From: Octopus bimaculoides
Taxonomy: Eukaryota
Direction: 5' to 3'
Length of the DNA: 35,193 nt
Assembly: GCF_001194135.2 (NCBI RefSeq)
Contig: NC_068987.1
Coordinates: 27,492,988-27,528,180, forward strand
The notes beneath the pieces are model-generated. The model saw only the letters and a list, made by a program, of their open reading frames with translations, searched no databases and was not told where the DNA came from. The position numbers and the translations under genes were made by a program. This document shows, piece after piece, positions 11,645-24,464 of this stretch; the stretch's first letter is position 1, and each line of letters begins with the position of its first letter.

Positions 11645-13573
11645 ACCACCTACTTGTATCGTACTGCCTGATAGTGTTATACTGTTCTATTAATGACAAC
11701 TTCATTGATAATGGAAGAGATCAGTCATTGCGTGCCAATATATGGACAGAAGGAAAGAAGGGAAGATAATTTAAATTTAATAAATTTAATTGTGAATTAT
11801 GTTGTCTTCCTGCCAATATTCAACTGTATTCCGTTTATCATTTTTTTGTCTGTATATGTAAATTTATTTAGTATTCATGAATCATTATCAGCATTTTAGT
11901 TTGATCTCTTTTTAAATATCATTAGTAGTGACAGAAATATTGATAATGATAATAATGATGTTTTACATGGGCAAAAGGTGAAATATTTCCAAGAGAAGGA
12001 TAGAACTAATTAAGTTGACAATATATTGTTCATTTCTATTTTATCACTGTACAGGTATCATCAGCATTGACATTCACGACAGTAATACTTGTAAGGACCA
12101 ACATTCAAATAAATAAATACGCTATGTCCAAAGCCTCATTGTTCCTGCTGTTCTAGAATCACGACTTTTAAATGTGTGGATAGTTTATGAGAACGAAAAT
12201 AACGACGTATGTAATCTTCTGTGCATTATAGATACTTATATAGTGTAGGATTACTTCTAAAAAACACAGCAAGCATCTAGCTATGTCATTTTCCACTCCA
12301 ACTCTGTAATGATAACAACAAAGACAATATTTTCTAAAATAGTCTAAATGCCTCTTATACTGAAAAAGTTACATAAATTAAATGAATATCAACACTTCAG
12401 AAGCGTCTTATTCTGCGACGATAACTTTAGTAAGGTTTCAACTCAGTGTGTGAATATACCACTAAACATAGCTCAACAATATATCCAACAATGTAGCTTT
12501 TCTGTCATTTCAATATTTTGGTATAATGCAAAACCAATCTAAAATATATATTTAAGAAACTGCATCTCTCCCCATCACTTTTTTGATATTGTCTCAATAA
12601 AATAATTCATTATCATAATACTCATTGTTATTCTTAATTACGTAACTTACTCTTTACAGAAACATGTAACATGCTTTGTAAACTGTTACCAGAGTGCATT
12701 AAATGTAATTTTGCCTTGAATTTCAGCAATATCAAAACACAAACATATTTATATTCGTTTATAATATGCCTATTGATGCATTTACAAAGAACTATCACAG
12801 CTCCTGTAGCAGAAAATTACCAAGTGAATCATATTTGTACTACATTTAGAATTTCGAGATATATTTTAACATTTTTTTACAAATGAGACAGCAGTTTGTC
12901 CCCATCCAGCGAAGCTTATGCAGTTAATACTAAGTATATCTATGGCTTAGCTGAAAATGCCTGTGGTAAATTTTCAGAGTGTTTTCACTTCTGATATGGA
13001 TTGCACAAGAAATATTTAATGAGTCTAAGACATCATTTAAAATCCCATTCACATAAGTGGGCAAAATGTGTCTCCAGGCATCTTCAGAAAATCAGAAGGG
13101 TAATTCGGTAATGCTTCCAAAGTGTTATTTTTCAAACCCCAACGGGTGTCAGCTAGAATAATATCTACTATCTGCTTTTAACGGAACAATATTTTTTTTT
13201 CTGTACACTACGTCTTTTACTGAGTATAAGATTTGAAGATTTATATGTTTAGAAATTCTAGAGACGTATGTTGTGTTACTGATATCCTACTTATAAATAC
13301 ATACTCACATAGACACACAGACACGCACACACAGACACGCACACACATACAAGCACACACAGACACACACACAGATATATACACAGATACACACTCACAC
13401 ACATATATGGACGTATTTAAGTATGTGTATATTTAAGTTCATGTAGACATCTATCCATCTACCTATCTATCTATCTATCTATCCATCTATATGTATGTAT
13501 ATATGTATATATATATATATATATATATNNNNNNNNNNNNNNNNNNNNNNNNNNNNNNNNNNNNNNNNNNNNT

Positions 13574-13685
<112 letters not shown>

Positions 13686-14118
13686 GTGTGCATATAGCGA
13701 TGGATCCCCGTCGGTCGACAAGGAAAATAAATTTCGTCGATCAAGTTAATTAGTTTTTCCAAACTTAATCTATTAACCAAGTGAGAATTTCGAGTGAGTA
13801 TTACAGGGTAAGTCGATTACACTGATTCCAGTGTTCATTCACTTCATGGAATTCTCAGACTTAATCAATGTGGTAGAATTTTTGGCAAGACTATCACTTT
13901 TGACATGTATAACTAAATCTCCCGATGGATTTCTATAGAGTCTCCATCTAACTAATGTTTACATATAGAGTGTGACGTTTCCTTAAAATACCATGCAGTG
14001 GAATCGAATCCATGGCATATTTATCTTGGAGCAACTTTCTTAACTATTCAGCTAAGCTCCACTTCTGTACTTACACATTAGCGTGTGTGCATGTCTGCAT
14101 ATAGATATGTGTGTGTGC

Positions 14119-14159
<41 letters not shown>

Positions 14160-14273
14160 TATGTGTGTGTGTGCTTGTATAATATTATATATGTATATAC
14201 GCATATAATTAATGTTCCTACGCGGGTTTCACCATTTTGGTTGTATTGAGCCCTGTGATATAACTCCTATCCT

Positions 14274-14386
14274 AAATACATATAGATACTGATCCAAAAC
14301 GGATCCTCAGGGAACACATTACTGCATCAAGTTACAGATAATTATTTCCTTGAGGATCCATTGTGATTGAGCAGCTATATGTATTT
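14274..14386. other. 113-nt imperfect inverted repeat (pre-miRNA-like hairpin or tiny MITE)
   Basis: aaatacatatag pairs with ctatatgtattt; ggatcctcagggaa pairs with ttccttgaggatcc; about 10-nt loop. The inverted repeat is certain, its function is not. Confidence 0.6.
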
Positions 14387-14837
14387 TAAACTTATGTCGT
14401 AGACCTCCAGGCAACTATTATGGGGAAATGCAATAAATTTAACATTGTGTTTATCCTTATTTTTATTATACCTGCTCTATAGCTTACAACTAATAATACT
14501 ACTTAGTATTGAGTTAATAAACAATTATACAGAAAGTAGTCTGGATTGTGAAACCTATATGTAGATCTAAACATAACAGGAGCAGTTATATATCTATTTG
14601 TATACATAATTTCTACTACACACACAGGCATATATATATGGATACTATAGTTTCCAATAATATCAAATATCATGCGTAAATAACCGTCAAGGTAATATCA
14701 TAACGTACGGGGGCTTAGAATTTCTGCTCATTTCCCCGATTTCAATTAATGTATATCAGTGAAATTTTGTGGTAGTAGCCGTCTTCTGGCTGCTATTTTT
14801 AGCTTTCTGGTGCCACTAGTAGCCCCCTTATTTAGTA

Positions 14838-14883
<46 letters not shown>

Positions 14884-17052
14884 TACAAAATGCATTAGAA
14901 GGCACAATTCATTACCAAAGCATTTAAGCTCAGTATATAGTTACACTCATTACTTCTGTTCTAAATGCTGTTTGACGGTAACCATCATATCTCATGATAT
15001 GCTAGTTTACATATTACTTGTATATCAATATTAAATACAACGTATGTAATTGGTTTCTCCAAGCTTTCTGTAACATACTCGTGTCTCCGTACATCGATTG
15101 TCGTTATTATGGAAGACGATTGACTCGCTTACGCTATACAACCGACCTACTATTTCGGCACTGTCACCGAAAGTTAAACAAGATGAATAATTTAATGTGC
15201 GCAATCATACAAATTATATATGCCAGCTTACTGGTATAGCAGAATGGATAGAGAAGGATATTGCAGGTTGGTCTTCAAAAGGAAAATTAGGAGATGACTG
15301 GAATGAATTTATGACCATGCCTACTTTCATACAGATTTAGGTAGGTTCATATGCATTCACATTTGCAAACATATACACTAAATAGAAAGTTAAGTTGAAG
15401 ATGGCCCTGAGACAATATTGCATTACTGATAATAACAGCTGCAATAAGAATATTAACGATAAAATCAACTGTCATTGCCATATAGCAAAATTCAGAACAC
15501 AGATAATATGTCATCGTTGACATTTATATGGTATATGGGTGAAAATATTTCCATATTGGTGAACGCTGGCCTTACTTGGAACGTTCATAAATAGTTTTGT
15601 ACAACAAAGACAATGGTATGTTCACTGTCATGCACCTCCCGCAAACATCTCCCCATATTCATACACATACATATACGTGTTGATATACACATGCACAATA
15701 TACAACAAAAGAAAGACTTCTCAAGAGAACTTGCTTAGAGATTTACCACATCAAGAAAATAAATTTAAACAGAACGTGGAAGATTTTAAAATGTCTATAT
15801 TAAGAAGACAGAAGTGGTGTCTTTCAAATATCTCGAAAAGGAATGCTTCTGGGCGAAGTTAGATGCCCACTCGTATATTTTGCCCCTTATTTCTGAATGC
15901 AGGCAGAGAACTTTGATTTGAGATGAAATCAGAGTCACTTGCTCAATGAAATTAGGTCACTATATCTAGGTTTATTAACCATCAGAACCAGATATCCGAG
16001 ATTCACACGCTTACCATGCTTTTTCCAGAGATAAAGATTTATATAAACCCCCAATCACCCGTGCGTTTTGCGTGACATGTCAGTACTCTTTAAATAGGTT
16101 TGGAGCTACAGGGCAAACGGTCGATATATCGGTTACCTTAGATATGTTCAACTGTAATCTTACTACCTTCTATACAGTTACTGTTTGCGGTCCGACAGAG
16201 ACTAGATTGCCTACCCTTCTAGAAGTCTACTGTTTGTAGAAGCATCTCTCCTAGTGTACGCTCTTGGACACATTTAGGAGACGGGTTAAATGCCTCGTAA
16301 ACATTCAAGTGCAGTTCTATCTGGTATATCTACTAGATTTCTCTATGTGACGATGTGGTTTGTTAGTACTCTAACACGTGTTGCCTTTTTCGAAGAAATT
16401 CTATTTTAGACAAGGCTGCACAGTGTGCTGAAATCACCTTGCATGCATAGATCAGTGATCATGCATGGCTGATCCTGAGGTTATGTCTGATCCTGAGGTT
16501 ATCCCTGTGGGATGGTTTTGAGCTTATCGTGAGTAAAAGTTCGCCTGATCATTTACATTTGACAAGGGAGCACGCTTACTGTTTTTCTGCTCGAAATCTA
16601 TGGCAAAAATAGTTGTGCTGTAAACGTGGCTAACATATTTCTGGACCTACTCTATTATTTACTCATCAAATCCCGCCATCCATCAATATCTTAAAGAGTT
16701 GAACAGTATGTGCATGAAAACCCTCGCTTGTGTATTATTGAGGGAGTGTCATAGTGGTGAGATTGACCTAATTGAATGGACCTACTCTGTCCGATTATAA
16801 ACAGACGGCAAGCGATCAGGAGAAGGAAGTTTTGTTCTCGAAGTTTCATTAGATTTCCAGATTTTCTAAATAGATATTTTCCAATTATTCGACATGCTTT
16901 CCACCAAGCCTTATCTAGGGGTATTTCAGGGTAGACGATTATTATGTATTGTTTTTCTGTGATATCACTTTTTTTAACTTCGATGAAATCCACAGGTTGT
17001 TTTCCATCTTTCTTTTATTTCAATGGTATTGGGCTCTTGTGGTTAGTCCTTC

Positions 17053-17183
17053 TTATCATCATCACCGCCATCCACCTCATCTTACTCTGCATCCTCATCC
17101 TTCTAATCATCATTATCCTCCTCCTCCTCCTTCTCATCATGATCATCATGATCATCATGATCATCATGATGATCATCATCATT
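17053..17183. repeat. Imperfect (ATC)n/(CCT)n trinucleotide microsatellite
   Basis: Directly visible; explains the His/Ile/Met-rich ORF-track entries here. Confidence 0.9.
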
Positions 17184-19067
17184 TTGTGACTAAACATATA
17201 AGCACTGTGTAAAAATCAATAGGTACTCATCGATTCATTCTTTCACAAGAAAAACATTTAAATAGCACATTGAATTTTTATAGAAATTATTGTCTTTTGC
17301 TAGTTTGTCATAATAAGGATCATCTCCTTTTCAAATATTATTGTACGCATTTCTAGAAACAAATTTCGGATTCGTTTTACATTTTTCTAGTTTTGCTTTT
17401 CCTTTAGACTAATTCTGATATAAAAAGCAATGATAGAAGTGCAAGTCTACTATCATGTGAAATAACATACTCATATTGGATATATTTGATTACATGTATA
17501 TGTATTTAGAATATTTCAAGAGAAGAATATTGCTACATATTTAATTTAATTTTTAAGTGTTAGAACATGTTTTTCCTCTATAAAGTTGACGGGAAATATA
17601 TTTGTTTCGATTGTTACGTATTTATAATGAATTATTATGACAGTATAATATCGAATTAGATTCCTTCAACGATAAGCATCACAAAATACCCCCAAAGAAA
17701 ACATGCTGGAATTACAATTTGCGAGACGTTTTGTTCCTGCTATGTTTCTGTTTCCTTAATTGTACGCTTCACATCTTGAAAGTGCTGAAATAGAACTTAT
17801 AATAGCACAATTTTAAAGCGGCACTCTCTCCACAGTTTAATACGCGAACCTCAAAAATATGAAGATATTTCTGCTTATTTATAAGATGCTCTGTTGCTTC
17901 CAATCAAAATTCACGATAACTAAAAGTAAGTATTGAAAATTTTACGCGGTACTTTATGAGTTGCCATTTCTTATTTTCAAGTCAACACTTCCTCATTGAC
18001 AAAATACATCTTGTGTTTAACAACAATACTCTGCATAAAATGTAACACGGCAAATGAAAATGTATTAAACAGCGTCAAAAAGAATATATATATAATATAA
18101 AATTACACACACACGCACACACGCATTTGTGTACGTGCGTGTGTCTATGTATGTATGCATGAGTGCGTTCGAGTAGATGCGTATGTAATATACGTATGTA
18201 ATATACGTATGTATGTATGTATACAGCTGTTATTTTTAAAAGGTAAAATTCTCTTCAGTGATTAATATATTCTTACAAGTTTGAAAGAAATCACTTGTCA
18301 GAAGTGGAGAAACGAGTACAAATATGAGAGGCTGCTGGCTTTTCATAAGCACAATTTTAAACAATATTACTTAAAAGTGTATACTTTCATAGCTATATGT
18401 ATATATATATAAGTGTTTATGTGTATAAGTGAGTAGGTACTGGTGTAGGATGTAGAATTGGTGTGATGAATAAAGTTACTAACAAACAATATGTTAAAAC
18501 AATTAAATAAGATGGAAAATATATTCATATATAACGGCGTATTTTCATTCCTATTGTTTCGGTTTTATTTTCTTCGTTTTTCCTTGACAATCTGAATTTA
18601 ACTATATGTCTGTATTTTTGTAATGGTACAATCTCATTATTGTGATTTTATTTGCATTTATCATCACATGAATTTCACGTTCATGTAAGTGGAGAAATTT
18701 TTAACTGTCTATGATATTAAATTACTGATGTCTTAACAGTGTTTGTTTCATTACTATAATGTACTATAGAACATAACCACAGGTATTTTTAGTCAACACT
18801 GTGTTACAACTGTTGTAAACAATTCATATGAGCGGATATAAAAAGGTGAGGCAGTTGTATATATATATATTTCCACACATTTTGAAGTCTTCATTAGTAG
18901 CTGTGAATATTTTGTGACAGCGAGGTTGAATGGTCAAAACGCCCACTGTGGGTTAGAAAGTAAATCAACATAGATATGATCCATAGTATATTGTACGAAT
19001 GAAACGAAACACTATTAAGATATTAGTAGTTTAATATTCGATTTCGCTGCCACGAAAATCTTAAATA

Positions 19068-20990
19068 CAGTAGTCCCCCGGTATTTGCGGGGCTACGTTC
19101 CTAGAGTACCCACGAATAATGTAAAACCGCGAATATTGGACGCGGTTCATAAAAAAATGCCCATAATGTCAAAATATAACGTAATATATATATATATATA
19201 TATATATATAAGATATATGATAACAATTTAATAAAATTAAAGTAAAATGTATGGTGCCCCACCAATAATGAATAATAATGATTTAAGCCGATGAGGAAAA
19301 TAATGAAGGGAATGAGTACACAACAAAGAAGGTTTAAAACTCTTCAGGTGACGCCTCTTCTTCAGGAGTTTTAAATGTTATATGTTCTTGGTGGGCTTGA
19401 AGAACATTGTGATGGGAATTTGCTGTCGTTTGTACTTCATGATGGTGAGGAGTGTTTTATATGTCTACATGGCAGCATCAACGGCATTTTTAAATTGGAG
19501 AGACCGAACCATATAGGGATCCCATCCTTCCGCCTTCTTTTGCAGTCCTTAAAAGGTCGGAAAGACGTTCTATTATCAGGCCTACCTCATCCACTTCTTC
19601 CTCTGGATCTAGCGCAGTCTCCGCCTCTTCGCTGGAAGATTTAGTTAACTCCAACAAACATTTGTCTGTCAAGGTTTCAGAGTGGGCATCGATGAGGTTG
19701 TTACCTTCATCTTGCGCGATGTCTTCAAAACCTTAGCCACTAAGTACCTTTGCCAGTTTCACCGCATTGTTGACAGCCTCGTGCTGAATATCATCAGGTA
19801 AGAAGCCATTGTAGTCCAAGATAGACTCTGGCCACACCTTCTTCTAGCATGTAACGATTGTCTCGTTTTTCATGTCTTTAAGAGCAGTGTGGGTGACTGA
19901 CAAGCACGTTGCCATCGTGATTGAAACTCAAAGAGTGACCACCAGCATTATCTAGAACAAGCAGCACCTTGAATTCCATGCATATGTCCTGGAGGTATGC
20001 CTTGGCTTGAGGGATGGTGGAACCAATTCAAAGTTAAATTTTTGGTAATCCAGGCCTTGGGGTTGTGCATGCAGTGGACAGGCAGCGGGTTTTTATTCTT
20101 TTTTTTTTTGAAGGTCCTCGGATTCGAGGACTTCTAAATAAGTACTGGTTTCATCATGAAGCCAGCAGCATCACCACACACAATTAGAATCACTCTGTCC
20201 TTCTGTGCTTTAAATCCTGGGACCCTGGCTTCGTTCTTCCTGATGTACATTCTGAAAGGTATCTTCTTCCAGAACAAGCTAGTCTCGTCCATAATGAAAA
20301 CTTGTTCTGGCTTGTATCCCTTGTCCTCGATAATCTGCTTGAAATTCTCGCGGTACTTCTCGACGGCTTCTTTGTCGGTTGATGCTCTCTCTTCATGCAG
20401 GGAAACCCACTTTATTTTAAACCGTTTCTGGAAATGGTTAAACCATCCCTTGATGGCTTGAAAATCTTCGGGCGCCGGTGCTGTCAATGGTCTTGGTTGC
20501 GGTTCTTCGATACCTTCTGCTCTGTCTCAACTGTCGAAATACCGGTAGGATTTCCGAGCTTTCTGGCGGATGATGTTAATCACTCAAGGGGTTGTTTTCC
20601 TTCTTGCAGTCACTGATCCACAATGCCAAGGCAGATTCCATCCTGGCCAAATGCTCGTTTCTCACTTTTGTTAACTTTTTGGCACTTTGACAGAAAATTA
20701 CTGCTTAGGTTGACCTGATCGTTACCTCGTTCTTCTCTATGTAGCGTATGGTGCTTTCATTGGAACCATCACAGTGACCTACTGCGGTATAACTTTTACC
20801 TTCCTCGAGCATATCCAGCAGTTGTACCTTCTCATGGAGTGTCATAACCTTTTTCTGTTGCTTAGGTTCACTGCCAGAAGTTTTAGAAGGTGTAAGGCGT
20901 TTGGGCAGCATGTTGGGGATTTAAATACACCCTGATTCAACAAAACACTCGTGGTACCTACTGGACACACATTTTCCTCAAAACACGTAC
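19068..20990 (-). pseudogene. Tigger/pogo DNA transposon with decayed transposase
   Basis: TA|CAGTAGTCCCCC TIR at 19068. Minus frames give CENP-B-like HTH (KKVMTLHEKVQLLDML...SNESTIR), KGWFNHFQKRF, PEQVFIMDETSLFWKK, GFKAQKDRVILIVCGDAAG, KVLLVLDNAGGH, KKVWP and an acidic tail. Start ATG/ORF at 20911. Second TIR not visible. Confidence 0.9.
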
Positions 20991-21107
20991 AAAAAAATCT
21001 TTCTTGCGTCTAATATGTGCATGGCACCAATGGGAGATTAATGAATAATCATGGTCTTGAAATATTTAGTTTGTATTACACCTAGATACAGTTATCAATA
21101 CTATAAT

Positions 21108-21169
<62 letters not shown>

Positions 21170-21772
21170 NNNNNNNNNNNNNNNNNNNNNNNNNNNNNNN
21201 NNNNNNNNNNNNNNNNNNNNNNNNNNNNNNNNNNNNNNNNNNNNNNNNNNNNNNNNNNNNNNNNNNNNNNNNNNNNNNNNNNNNNNNNNNNNNNNNNNNN
21301 NNNNNNNNNNNNNNNNNNNNNNNNNNNNNNNNNNNNNNNNNNNNNNNNNNNNNNNNNNNNNNNNNNNNNNNNNNNNNNNNNNNNNNNNNNNNNNNNNNNN
21401 NNNNNNNNNNNNNNNNNNNNNNNNNNNNNNNNNNNNNNNNNNNNNNNNNNNNNNNNNNNNNNNNNNNNNNNNNNNNNNNNNNNNNNNNNNNNNNNNNNNN
21501 NNNNNNNNNNNNNNNNNNNNNNNNNNNNNNNNNNNNNNNNNNNNNNNNNNNNNNNNNNNNNNNNNNNNNNNNNNNNNNNNNNNNNNNNNNNNNNNNNNNN
21601 NNNNNNNNNNNNNNNNNNNNNNNNNNNNNNNNNNNNNNNNNNNNNNNNNNNNNNNNNNNNNNNNNNNNNNNNNNNNNNNNNNNNNNNNNNNNNNNNNNNN
21701 NNNNNNNNNNNNNNNNNNNNNNNNNNNNNNNNNNNNNNNNNNNNNNNNNNNNNNNNNNNNNNNNNNNNNNNN

Positions 21773-21851
<79 letters not shown>

Positions 21852-22479
21852 CAAACCTTGATTGAAAGTAGGAATAAGAGGTACAAGATACAGTGTACTT
21901 GTATGTAAAATAATCAAGCAACATGATTCGCGGCTATTCAAATCAGAGGGAGCTTCAGCTGCGAAGGGGCATTCAATAAGTTGGAAAATACAGTATATTG
22001 TTCTTAATAATTTAACCTTAAAAAGTGGGAAAATAATTGCCACGAAAGAAGCTACAAAATAATTGCGGACGATATTTACGATTCCACGGATATGCGTCAG
22101 TTTCCGTAAACAATTATTCGTTCCGCGAACGCCGAACGGTGAATAAGCGGGCGAGGGGGGTAAACTGTATGTCCATCGGGCATGCTAATCTACTTCAGTC
22201 TCGACTGTTGGTCGACGTATAGGAACTGTGATTGTGGAAACGGGGAAGTGGTTCATTGACTTTAACGAAGACTCCTGAAAATACAGCTGCCCACCATTCC
22301 TTTATGTTTGTACAGATATGTATGGTTTGTTTTTAATCATTACTTATGTGTGCATATATAATATATGATAATAGAAAGCAGTACTTATGCAGCTTCAAAC
22401 TTTAAGGAACAGAATAGAGTGAGAATAACTCGCTTTCAATATCTATATATCTCACTCTCTCTCTCTTTCTTTCCCCCTA

Positions 22480-22530
<51 letters not shown>

Positions 22531-22554
22531 GTGTATGTATATATATTATATGTG

Positions 22555-22599
<45 letters not shown>

Positions 22600-23403
22600 N
22601 NNNNNNNNNNNNNNNNNNNNNNNNNNNNNNNNNNNNNNNNNNNNNNNNNNNNNNNNNNNNNNNNNNNNNNNNNNNNNNNNNNNNNNNNNNNNNNNNNNNN
22701 NNNNNNNNNNNNNNNNNNNNNNNNNNNNNNNNNNNNNNNNNNNNNNNNNNNNNNNNNNNNNNNNNNNNNNNNNNNNNNNNNNNNNNNNNNNNNNNNNNNN
22801 NNNNNNNNNNNNNNNNNNNNNNNNNNNNNNNNNNNNNNNNNNNNNNNNNNNNNNNNNNNNNNNNNNNNNNNNNNNNNNNNNNNNNNNNNNNNNNNNNNNN
22901 NNNNNNNNNNNNNNNNNNNNNNNNNNNNNNNNNNNNNNNNNNNNNNNNNNNNNNNNNNNNNNNNNNNNNNNNNNNNNNNNNNNNNNNNNNNNNNNNNNNN
23001 NNNNNNNNNNNNNNNNNNNNNNNNNNNNNNNNNNNNNNNNNNNNNNNNNNNNNNNNNNNNNNNNNNNNNNNNNNNNNNNNNNNNNNNNNNNNNNNNNNNN
23101 NNNNNNNNNNNNNNNNNNNNNNNNNNNNNNNNNNNNNNNNNNNNNNNNNNNNNNNNNNNNNNNNNNNNNNNNNNNNNNNNNNNNNNNNNNNNNNNNNNNN
23201 NNNNNNNNNNNNNNNNNNNNNNNNNNNNNNNNNNNNNNNNNNNNNNNNNNNNNNNNNNNNNNNNNNNNNNNNNNNNNNNNNNNNNNNNNNNNNNNNNNNN
23301 NNNNNNNNNNNNNNNNNNNNNNNNNNNNNNNNNNNNNNNNNNNNNNNNNNNNNNNNNNNNNNNNNNNNNNNNNNNNNNNNNNNNNNNNNNNNNNNNNNNN
23401 NNN

Positions 23404-23463
<60 letters not shown>

Positions 23464-23677
23464 GCGTAAGCGACCTACATTTCTAAAATGTCGGTTATGC
23501 AGACGGCAAGTTTGTGATGCACACGCATCTTAGATCGGTAGGAATTTCAACTCAGTGTAAAAAAGAGCCAGAAGAAATGCAGCCAAGGGTTTTATCCGAA
23601 GTGCGAAGGCTTTTTCTAACTTAGCTTCTTAAAACAAGTTTGTAATAATGATGGAAAGAACATTAAAATATACTCAC

Positions 23678-23832
23678 TTGGTCACGTGATACGTAGATTG
23701 GACGATTAAAAATTATCCATGTTACCGTCTCATGACAACCAGGTTCAGTAAGAGAACCTTCGTATGTGATGAACAAATCTGTTTTAGGAATTAATTCATC
23801 TAAAGATAAATGATGAATTGTAGCCTTGTGAC
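23678..23832 (-). CDS. CA10: Internal coding exon of an alpha-carbonic anhydrase family gene, carbonic anhydrase-related protein 10/11-like: (G)HKATIHHLSLDELIPKTDLFITYEGSLTEPGCHETVTWIIFNRPIYVSRDQ
   Basis: TYEGSLTEPGCHETVTWIIFNRPIY matches the alpha-CA motif YxGSLTxPxCxExVTW in its CARP-like form. Acceptor tgtttgtctttgcag|GT and donor CAA|gtgagt are canonical. The exon is 155 nt, phase 1 in and phase 0 out, which matches my recollection of the equivalent vertebrate CA10 exon. The symbol means 'CA10-like'; orthology is not proven from one exon. Confidence 0.9.
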
Positions 23833-23976
23833 CTGCAAAGACAAACATATGTGGTTGGATTTGTCACTAAAAGAAGATATCTATCCAAAGTAAATACAAA
23901 GAAAAATTACAAAATTTATACAGTGAAATACATCGAAAAAATGTAAAACTTTCATAAATTAATATAATGCCAAATG

Positions 23977-24084
23977 CATACACACATACATACATACATA
24001 CATGCATGCATACATGCATACATATATACATACATACTTGCATTCATACATACATACATACATACATACATACGTACGTACGTA
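23977..24084. repeat. (CATA)n/(TACG)n microsatellite
   Basis: Directly visible. Confidence 0.9.
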
Positions 24085-24350
24085 AGCACGGAGAGAAACG
24101 TCTCGAGAAAAATACAAGAGAAAACGACATCTACGGATCATTGACAAAGTGTTTGCAAATCCAGTACCCAAGATACGCTTTCAGCTTCGTACCCATTATT
24201 ATAGGAGCATCAGGATATATACCAACCCATCTAGAGCACAATATGGATGAACGTGGAGTCTTAGGGAGAGAATTTCATCCTCAAAACTTCGAGAGATAGA
24301 CTTTTAATTACAACAGTTTCGGATTTTGCAAAAGAACACGGCAAATATTC
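24085..24350 (+). mobile_element. C-terminal remnant of an RLE-type non-LTR retrotransposon
   Basis: Frame ENDIYGSLTKCLQIQYPRYAFSFVPIIIGASGYIPTHLEHNM resembles the K-Y-x-x-L...VPIIIGALG-x-IP end of RLE domains. Confidence 0.5.
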
Positions 24351-24464
24351 CCTGCTAGAGCGGGTAATTTAAAAATATTCTATCGATAAATGACTTTTAG
24401 AGGAGCCGTTTAAAATTTTCGCCCGAAGCGAGGTCCAGAATACCCGGAATTCTTGAAAACCGAG

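Noticed and set aside
14771-14820. Short hairpin followed by CTAGT (Helitron-like 3' end)
   Set aside because: Hairpin-to-CTAG spacing of about 20 nt is longer than typical and no 5' TC end or second copy is evident.
15860-17000. TE-like stretch with a faint mariner N-terminus resemblance, a 26-bp palindrome (16442-16467) and a 16-bp direct duplication
   Set aside because: No motif strong enough to assign a family; short palindromes and duplications are expected in decayed repeats.
15126-23480. Shared 12-mer ATAGCGTAAGCG (minus at 15126, plus at 23461) with a nearby gacctac motif
   Set aside because: Too short, and the two motifs are in inconsistent relative orientation; chance or remote repeat debris.
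21051-23486. Long ORF-track entries (250-370 aa), and similar ones at 11141-11533, 30023-30320 and 33283-34105
   Set aside because: They consist of N-gaps and microsatellite translations (YI, SL, ER, HT runs).
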